Of a stretch of DNA of 61,989 bases, positions 56,619 to 61,989 are shown piece after piece (within the stretch, counting starts at the first letter, position 1; each line of letters opens with the position of its first letter). The stretch covers positions 1-61,989 of the forward strand of contig CAZNKB010000007.1 of NCBI GenBank assembly GCA_964573695.1, read 5' to 3'. The notes under the pieces are model-generated. The model was not told the origin of the DNA. It did not search any database and saw nothing but the letters and a program-made list of their open reading frames with translations. Made by a program: the position numbers and the translations under genes. This DNA comes from an uncultured Gammaproteobacteria bacterium. Its GTDB lineage: Bacteria > Patescibacteriota > Microgenomatia > UBA10105 > UBA927.

Positions 56619-56704
56619 CGGAGAGGGTGGGATTTGAACCCACGGTATCTTTTGGATACGGAAGTTTAGTAAACTTCTGCACTAGGCCACTATGCGACCT
56701 CTCC
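56619..56704 (-). tRNA. type-II (long variable arm) tRNA, Ser-like, with predicted anticodon ACU
   Basis: Hand-folded, 86 nt. Acceptor GGAGAGG/CCTCTCC, D-stem GCA/TGC, anticodon stem GAAGT/ACTTC with 7-nt loop TTACTAA (anticodon ACT), 17-nt variable arm, T-arm GTGGG-TTCAAAT-CCCAC, discriminator G. Confidence 0.65.
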
Positions 56705-56712
56705 TGTGCCTG

Positions 56713-56795
56713 CGGAGGGGACAGGACTCGAACCTGCAAGCCCTAACGGGCGCCAGTTTTCAAGACTGGTTCCTTACCATTCGGAGCACCCCTCC
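56713..56795 (-). tRNA. tRNA-Ser (anticodon UGA)
   Basis: Hand-folded, 83 nt. Acceptor GGAGGGG/CCCCTCC, anticodon stem CCAGT/ACTGG with loop CTTGAAA, long variable arm, T-arm CAGG-TTCGAGT-CCTG, discriminator G. Confidence 0.85.
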
Positions 56796-56811
56796 AGATG
56801 TGTGCATTATA

Positions 56812-57453
56812 TCATCTGCTAAGGGACATCCCGATCTTTCGTGCAAATGCTTCATAGAGGCCAATAAGCTTGAGCTGCAGACGGTAATCTTGATATCTCA
56901 CCGTGCATGTCCCGTAATATTGTGCACGATGTTTCTTTCCGTTCAGACTTGTTATTGTGGGTTTTATAAATAGTCCACCTTGAATTGACAACCTATCTAC
57001 CCAGTATTGTTTGAGTTTTTCATAATTCTGATTTGCATGTATTTGCAGGTGTACACGAAGCTTCGTGTTGTCGAGACTAAACCCTTTTCTCAGAAGCTCC
57101 AAAAAAGTTCTGATCAAGTCGGGATCGCTATTTGTAAGCGCCAACCTATTTGAAGCCGGATATTTCGCCCCTTCACACCAATAAATAATTGCAGCAAATA
57201 GTTTTGCCTGCTCAATAGACATCCTGACCATGTCGTCGGTTCCTAATGTCTCGGACTCCTTCAGCTCTTCCCGTTTTCTCGCATGAAAAGAGCGTAGAAT
57301 ATCGCCTTTTGTAAATACCGTATCACCATAACACCAATTTCTAATCGTAGATGAAGGAATGCCGTATAGGCGTGAAAGATGACTGAATGAATACCTATGC
57401 TTTTTTCGTTGCGTCTTGATCTGTGCTATCTCAGAATCTAAATACCTTTTCAT
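56812..57453 (-). CDS. HTH plus LAGLIDADG-like (LAGLIDADG_3-type) homing-endonuclease-family protein
   Basis: 213 aa from MKRYLDSE. The N-terminal HTH is YSFSHLSRLYGIPSSTIRNWCYG. FAAIIYWCEGAKY sits in the position of a LAGLIDADG helix with an acidic residue. NSDPDLIRTFLELL, YW and YGTCTVRY follow the LAGLIDADG_3 layout. Confidence 0.5.
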   Translation of the reverse strand: MKRYLDSEIAQIKTQRKKHRYSFSHLSRLYGIPSSTIRNWCYGDTVFTKGDILRSFHARKREELKESETLGTDDMVRMSIEQAKLFAAIIYWCEGAKYPASNRLALTNSDPDLIRTFLELLRKGFSLDNTKLRVHLQIHANQNYEKLKQYWVDRLSIQGGLFIKPTITSLNGKKHRAQYYGTCTVRYQDYRLQLKLIGLYEAFARKIGMSLSR

Positions 57454-57455
57454 GG

Positions 57456-57540
57456 CGGAGAGTGTGGGAGTCGAACCCACTCACCGCTATTCACGGTGCA
57501 GGTTTAGCAAACCTGTGCCTTACCGTCCGGCCCACCCTCC
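57456..57540 (-). tRNA. tRNA-Ser (anticodon GCU)
   Basis: Hand-folded, 85 nt. Acceptor GGAGGGT/ACTCTCC (one G-U), D-stem GCC/GGC, anticodon stem CAGGT/ACCTG with loop TTGCTAA, long variable arm, T-arm GTGGG-TTCGACT-CCCAC, discriminator G. A genomically encoded CCA follows at 57455-57453. Confidence 0.85.
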
Positions 57541-57573
57541 ATATATCAATTATAGTCTCAAAAACCCTTCATA

Positions 57574-58248
57574 TCAACCAATCTGACGCGGCGAATCGCA
57601 ACTCTGTATAACCAGCACGGATCCCTGATGAACCGTAATATGTGCTGATTTTCCGGAAATCTCGTTGCTGATTCCCAGAGAAGAACCGCTATATAGCGTC
57701 TTATGCATCAACTCATATACAAATCCTTTAAGCGTAACCGTTGCCTTTTTGGCAATGGGAATGACCGATACATACCTATATCTGCTGTCATATGACAGCA
57801 ATTGTTGATGACGCACAATGTTTATTTTGCTAAAGTTATCCACAATTACTCCATAAATATTGTGCGACTCTAGCCTCAATAGCATGTGCACAGCTCCCAG
57901 TGTATGGTCAAACCTTCTTCCCAGCACTCCGAAAAGCACAACCTCCTGAGGTTTTTGCGATATCGCATGATCTATCGCAAGTTCCAGGTCAGTCGCGTCT
58001 TTTTCCGGCGCGTATTCTATATACAAAGCTGAACCGTCATGAATGCGTTTCTTCTCCACCCTAGTGACGGAATCAAAATCTCCGATTGCTACATCCGGCG
58101 TTACCCCGTGTCGCAGGAGCCACAAAGCCCCACGGTCAACGCCGATAACGGTGTGAGCTTTTTTGATTTGCGGTAATATGGAGCTATCCAACGCTCCGCC
58201 TGCTACTATTGCTATAACTTTATACTGTCCTAATGCTCTATTTTTCAT
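57574..58248 (-). CDS. thiN: thiamine pyrophosphokinase
   Basis: IAIVAGG, IGVDRGA, IGDFDS, EKDATDLELA and LGRRFDH are the TPK catalytic-domain motifs. A C-terminal thiamine-binding beta domain is present. Confidence 0.8.
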   Translation of the reverse strand: MKNRALGQYKVIAIVAGGALDSSILPQIKKAHTVIGVDRGALWLLRHGVTPDVAIGDFDSVTRVEKKRIHDGSALYIEYAPEKDATDLELAIDHAISQKPQEVVLFGVLGRRFDHTLGAVHMLLRLESHNIYGVIVDNFSKINIVRHQQLLSYDSRYRYVSVIPIAKKATVTLKGFVYELMHKTLYSGSSLGISNEISGKSAHITVHQGSVLVIQSCDSPRQIG

Positions 58249-58291
58249 GACATACAGCTATTCTATACTATTTTCCTCTTATGTTGCTTCC

Positions 58292-58996
58292 TTATCGGGC
58301 CATGGTAACGGCCCAAACGCAGGTCGCCCCATGCCGCTTCAGTGTGTTTGCCGCCGATCGCATGGTTGCACCGGTCGTAAACACATCGTCAAACAATAAC
58401 ACAGTTACTCCCCGCACCGGAACCTTCGGGTCCACAGAAAAAACCGCTTCCATATTTTTTAACCGGTCTTCCCTCCTTTCCATGTCTACCTGAGCCGTGG
58501 TTTTCTTCGTGCGGCGCAGCATATCCGTTCTCATGCGCATATGCAATCCTGCCTGCGCAGACAGGCGTCCGGAAATGAAACCTCCCAACACTTCCGCCTG
58601 ATTGAAACCGCGCTCCCGAAAACGCGACAGGTGGAGCGGGATGGGCACGAGTACCCCGTCATTTCCGATATGTCCGACTGCCGTATTGAGCGACGAAACG
58701 GGAATGAGCGAGACAAACGCAGCTCCCAGATCGGAAACGAAGCGGTATTTGAGTGCTTTCACTCCTTTTCGGATCACTCCTTCGTAGCGGAAAAAAGAAG
58801 TAAGACCGTCTGGGCTATAGCGCGTCCGACACCGGGGATGTGTGGCACCGTCTATCGCGGGATGTTCGCAAACCGGACATATCGACTCATTAAGCGCAAT
58901 ACGGTGAATGTTCTGCCGGCAGGATGCACAGAAATACTCACCTATAGTGCCGCACCCCAGGCACCGTTTGGGAAACAATATATCCAAAACGGACAC
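58292..58996 (-). CDS. comF: ComF-family protein (ComFC; zinc finger plus phosphoribosyltransferase domain)
   Basis: The N-terminus is FPKRCLGCG...FCASC. The C-terminal PRT motif is VLLFDDVFTTGATM. Confidence 0.85.
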   Translation of the reverse strand: MSVLDILFPKRCLGCGTIGEYFCASCRQNIHRIALNESICPVCEHPAIDGATHPRCRTRYSPDGLTSFFRYEGVIRKGVKALKYRFVSDLGAAFVSLIPVSSLNTAVGHIGNDGVLVPIPLHLSRFRERGFNQAEVLGGFISGRLSAQAGLHMRMRTDMLRRTKKTTAQVDMERREDRLKNMEAVFSVDPKVPVRGVTVLLFDDVFTTGATMRSAANTLKRHGATCVWAVTMAR

Positions 58997-59077
58997 AATA
59001 AAGCCTCCTCATACCATTGTACAAGGAGGCAACATTGCTTGCCCGAACCCCGCCTTTTTAGGGGCGGGACGCGAATG

Positions 59078-59494
59078 GGTGGAGATGCCGGGCGTTGAGC
59101 CCGGGTCCGAAGGAACACGTCGAAAACTTCTACAAGCGTAGTCCATTTCATTCTCTGCAAAAGACAAAACGGACAAATACTTTTACAGAGGGTTGATCGA
59201 AAAAATACTCCGGCGGCTACCGATCATTAGCCGCCTGACGGCCTGGCTTTGTTTACACCCTATAAGTCCTCACCAGACAAAAGAACAAATAAGATGGATC
59301 TTAGTTGGCGTACGCGTAAGCGTAAGCTGACTGTGATCGCTTGATCATAAGTCGTTCTACAAGGTAGGCGTACTTTTCCTCAAGCTCGCTAAGTGTATTA
59401 GCAATTATGAATTGACAAGAATTTTTACGGCTCTTTTGTCATCGCCGGCTTGCAGTTTATCAATGTGCCCGCATCGTCGATCTGATGCATCCCC
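59078..59494 (-). ncRNA. ssrA: tmRNA (ssrA)
   Basis: The 5' GGGGATG pairs with the 3' CATCTCC, including the G3:U70 Ala identity pair. The 3' end GGACCCGGGCTCAACGCCCGGCATCTCCACC parallels the E. coli tmRNA T-arm/acceptor. An internal ORF opens with GCU-AAU about 93 nt from the 5' end. It lies immediately downstream of smpB. Confidence 0.8.
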
Positions 59495-59937
59495 TATGTT
59501 ACTTTCCCCCGAAAATCTCGTTCTAGCTCTCGTTTTTCTTGTTCCCGACGCTTTTTCTCACGTTTTTCGTACTGTTTCTTGCCTCGCGCAAGCCCGACTT
59601 CGAGCTTAATAAAGGGGCCTTTAGTATACCAGCTCAGGGGGACGAGGGTCAAATTAGCGCCGTCTATCTTGCTTTTTAGGCTCACCAGTTCTTTTTTGTG
59701 AAGCAGGAGCTTACGCGTACGCTTGGGATCAACGCCTTCCGGACGCGCATAAACGTACGGAAATATCTGGGCGTTTATCAAATAGGCATCCGAGCCCAAA
59801 ATACGCACGAAAGCTCCGTCCAGCTTGGCATGTCCGTCACGTAGTGATTTGACCTCCGCACCGGTAAGGGTAATCCCCGCCTCAAATCGGTCAAGAATTT
59901 CATAATCAAAAGTCGCTTTTTTGTTTGTTATTTTCAT
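59494..59937 (-). CDS. smpB: SsrA-binding protein
   Basis: 147 aa with the motifs NKKA.FDYEI...EAGI.L.G.EVKS, F.P.....NAQI.PY and RKLLLHK.E. Confidence 0.95.
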   Translation of the reverse strand: MKITNKKATFDYEILDRFEAGITLTGAEVKSLRDGHAKLDGAFVRILGSDAYLINAQIFPYVYARPEGVDPKRTRKLLLHKKELVSLKSKIDGANLTLVPLSWYTKGPFIKLEVGLARGKKQYEKREKKRREQEKRELERDFRGKVT

Positions 59938-59940
59938 GGA

Positions 59941-61767
59941 TTATTTGAGGTCAATGGCATAAATTTTGCCGTCCGCCAACAAAAACAGTTTTCCAACGCT
60001 TTCTGACGCTACTATCCCCGTCACGACAAACGTTTTGTCCCATACATACTGGGAGATATACATACCGTCCTTGTCGTACACCACCACCCGCTTGTGCTCG
60101 GTGTCCAGTATATATACCATTTTTACCTCATCATGCGTATATACCTTTATGTGACTTCCCAGCGGGATATCCGCTCCCTGCGGGGAATAGCTATTCTCTT
60201 TGCCGGCCGTAAACCGCATAACGCTCCCGGTCGTCGTCCCGAGCCACACCGATCCGTCAATCGCCATATTGATGGTTCGTGTAAGATCCGGCAATGTATC
60301 CGGGTTAAGATATTCAAACAACGTGCTGAAACCCTTTTCTGTTGCCACGTACTTCCAAATCCTGCTCTTTGCCGTATCCAAAAGATACAAATTACCCCCA
60401 AACGCAACCATGTCGGTAATTGTTCCCCATTCCGGAGACGCCGGGACGATCGTCGGTACGGTTTTTTGGTCGGATAACCGGATCTGATGAATACCCTGCG
60501 GGGTAAACACATAGAGTTTGTCCCCATAAGAAGCGATGTGCGTCGCTCCCGCAAAGGATTCTCCTCCGCCGACAATTGCTCCGTTTTTTGTGGGAATACC
60601 CAGCGTATAAATCGTTTTACCGGAAGAATCGATTGCCCCAATGGTATTTTCAAATAGTGACACGTCAGAAACCGTCGCTCCGTTTTTAAGCAACGACATG
60701 TCAAAATATAACTCGGGATTCACGTGGGTAACGCGCATGGCGCGGGCAAGACTCTCTACCACCTCATCATAAAGCGCTTTCGCTTTCTTCGCGTCTTCAG
60801 AGCGTGTTTTTTTGGAAATGACCGGGGCCAACAGATCACGCGCAGTCGTTAACCGTTCCCGGCCCTTTACCGGATTGAGATCGAGAAGTGCCATACCCTC
60901 ATCAAACGAATGCTGAGCCTGAATAATTACCTCGGCATATTTACTTTGCGCACTCATGGTCATCTGCCGACGAACCCCCAATATGACACTCACCAAAAAT
61001 AATCCAAGGACACCGTAAATAAGCAGATGTCGGGAGGAAAACGCCTTGCTCATCCGCATACGATTTATCACGCGACGCATGAGTATTCGCTGGTTTACCG
61101 TCATTATTTTCCGCCCAAATCCTTTCGCCCGACTCACAAGTATCGTTCTCGTTGTCGGCTCCGGATCGTTTTTTTCTGATATGAAATCCGTCTCCGTTTC
61201 GGGTACCACTCGTTCTCCAATCTGAAAAATCAGTGCTGCCCCGCCTTCTCCACCCGACTTCTCGTGGAGTCGTATCGTAAGTTTTTCCGCTACTTCCGTA
61301 GGAGACAAATGATCGAATACGCCGACAATTTCATCCCGGGTAAGGGCGCTCATAAATCCGCGCGTAGAAGCAATCACCGTATCTCCATGCCTCACGTCGC
61401 CAGAAAGCGCTTGTTCTCCTTCCAATAATTTAGCGAGCCTGTTTTCCCGTTTGAGATACACGCATCCAGCTCCCCGTGATACCAAATACATCGTCGACCC
61501 TACAGGCACCAGCAGAATAAGACTCACGACGTCCTCGCTCACCATGGTATCGGCAACAAGGGAAAGTGCCGCAAGAGAAAGTGGCGGCGTATCAAATGCC
61601 TGAGTTAGTTTTGTCAGAAGCTGGACTCCCTTGGTTCTGGCGATCCCGTCAGGAGCATAAATCTCGACCACGCCATACGCGTGCGGGGTCTGGAGAACCT
61701 GTCCCCAGTTTGTGTCCGTCGCCACTCCTACGACAGACGCGGTAATTGGCCGAATAGCATCCACCAT
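59941..61767 (-). CDS. hypothetical single-TM protein (N-terminal cytoplasmic PP2C/SpoIIE-like fold?, C-terminal repeat/beta-propeller-like domain)
   Basis: 608 aa with a central TM helix (LLIYGVLGLFLVSVILGV). The C-terminal half has recurring hydrophobic-Gly/Asp beta-strand repeats. The domain calls are weak. Confidence 0.45.
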   Translation of the reverse strand: MVDAIRPITASVVGVATDTNWGQVLQTPHAYGVVEIYAPDGIARTKGVQLLTKLTQAFDTPPLSLAALSLVADTMVSEDVVSLILLVPVGSTMYLVSRGAGCVYLKRENRLAKLLEGEQALSGDVRHGDTVIASTRGFMSALTRDEIVGVFDHLSPTEVAEKLTIRLHEKSGGEGGAALIFQIGERVVPETETDFISEKNDPEPTTRTILVSRAKGFGRKIMTVNQRILMRRVINRMRMSKAFSSRHLLIYGVLGLFLVSVILGVRRQMTMSAQSKYAEVIIQAQHSFDEGMALLDLNPVKGRERLTTARDLLAPVISKKTRSEDAKKAKALYDEVVESLARAMRVTHVNPELYFDMSLLKNGATVSDVSLFENTIGAIDSSGKTIYTLGIPTKNGAIVGGGESFAGATHIASYGDKLYVFTPQGIHQIRLSDQKTVPTIVPASPEWGTITDMVAFGGNLYLLDTAKSRIWKYVATEKGFSTLFEYLNPDTLPDLTRTINMAIDGSVWLGTTTGSVMRFTAGKENSYSPQGADIPLGSHIKVYTHDEVKMVYILDTEHKRVVVYDKDGMYISQYVWDKTFVVTGIVASESVGKLFLLADGKIYAIDLK

Positions 61768-61797
61768 ATCCTACCAGATATGGTATCACGAAAATGA

Positions 61798-61983
61798 CTA
61801 AAGAATGAGGAGCGCCAGAAGAAATACTCCGATTGCAGCGACAAGGTGAAAAATAGAAGCGAAACGCAATACGGGTTCAAAGGATTCTTCCAGCACGTTA
61901 GCCATAAGTTGTTCTTGACGCAAGATTACCGTCGCAAAAACGATATATAATCCAAATCCAAAAAGAACTAAATACTTAAACAA
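61798..61983 (-). CDS. small 2-TM membrane protein
   Basis: 61-aa ORF with two hydrophobic helices. It is near the window edge. Confidence 0.4.
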   Translation of the reverse strand: MFKYLVLFGFGLYIVFATVILRQEQLMANVLEESFEPVLRFASIFHLVAAIGVFLLALLIL

Positions 61984-61989
61984 AACAAA

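Noticed and set aside
59048-59068. Hairpin CCCGCC-N8-GGCGGG downstream of tmRNA as a terminator
   Set aside because: On the minus strand the stem is not followed by a U-tract (it is followed by GTTCGGGC). It may stabilise the tmRNA 3' end or be part of precursor processing. I cannot support calling it a rho-independent terminator.
60147-60704. 185-aa minus-strand ORF in another frame, and plus-strand ORFs at 60094-60487
   Set aside because: They are nested within the uninterrupted 608-aa ORF 59941-61767. Their Arg/Cys-rich composition is typical of off-frame translation.
1-61989. Alternative genetic code (UGA recoding, as in some CPR lineages)
   Set aside because: Long family-recognisable ORFs terminate at TGA exactly where homologous proteins should end, and TGA takes part in ATGA start/stop overlaps (32092-32095, 17805-17808). 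No tRNA with a UCA anticodon was seen. The standard bacterial code fits.
1-61989. CRISPR arrays, rRNA genes, IS elements and prophage
   Set aside because: I found no regularly spaced direct repeats and no rRNA-like conserved stretches. I found no transposase, integrase or phage structural motifs in any translated frame. The only repeats are the tRNA-derived ones reported above.

Overview
The window is gene-dense (about 90% coding, standard code, about 47% GC). Its content looks like a small-genome, CPR/Patescibacteria-like bacterium; that taxonomic placement is an inference from gene content only. I support about 65 CDS, 7 tRNA genes (5 Ser, 2 Arg), 2 degenerate tRNA-Ser-like elements and one tmRNA. 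I found no rRNA, CRISPR array, transposase or integrase.

Layout:
- 0.4-9 kb: small accessory enzymes (DUF305, two VOC/PhnB-like, DUF1801, LOG, NUDIX, metallophosphoesterase, YdeI).
- 9-13 kb and 46.6-50.4 kb: envelope-modification genes (SAM methyltransferases, membrane sulfatase-like enzymes, GT-C/GT39-like glycosyltransferase, membrane-fused spermidine-synthase-like protein).
- 12.9-14.2 kb: a minimal [FeFe]-hydrogenase H-domain-like protein coupled to a membrane protein.
- 15.3-19.5 kb: one minus-strand operon of cyt-b5-like / ferric-reductase (NOX/FRE)-like / cyt-b5-like / OmpR regulator / histidine kinase.
- 25.6-28.4 kb: FTR1 iron permease and typA.
- 28.5-42.3 kb: a type IV pilus-like locus (pilB, pilC, major pilin, three minor pilins, a 996-aa pseudopilin-headed giant). 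A PaaK/F390-synthetase-like ligase, a ThiF/E1-like protein, a GAF histidine kinase and a CheY-like receiver are embedded in it.
- 43-46 kb: dnaG-rpoD.
- 50.4-57.6 kb: an unusual array in which Ser/Arg tRNA genes sit 2-20 nt upstream of the start codons of small nucleotide-metabolism ORFs and a LAGLIDADG-like ORF.
- 57.6-62 kb: thiamine pyrophosphokinase, comF, ssrA (tmRNA) directly abutting smpB, and a 608-aa membrane protein.

Most interesting candidates:
- the tRNA-punctuated ORF array, including a tRNA-Ser with a predicted ACU anticodon and the tRNA-like remnants;
- the cyt-b5/FRE redox module with its two-component system;
- the ligase plus E1-like pair inside the pilus operon.

All functional calls come from reading motifs in the supplied translations. 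No database search was run.
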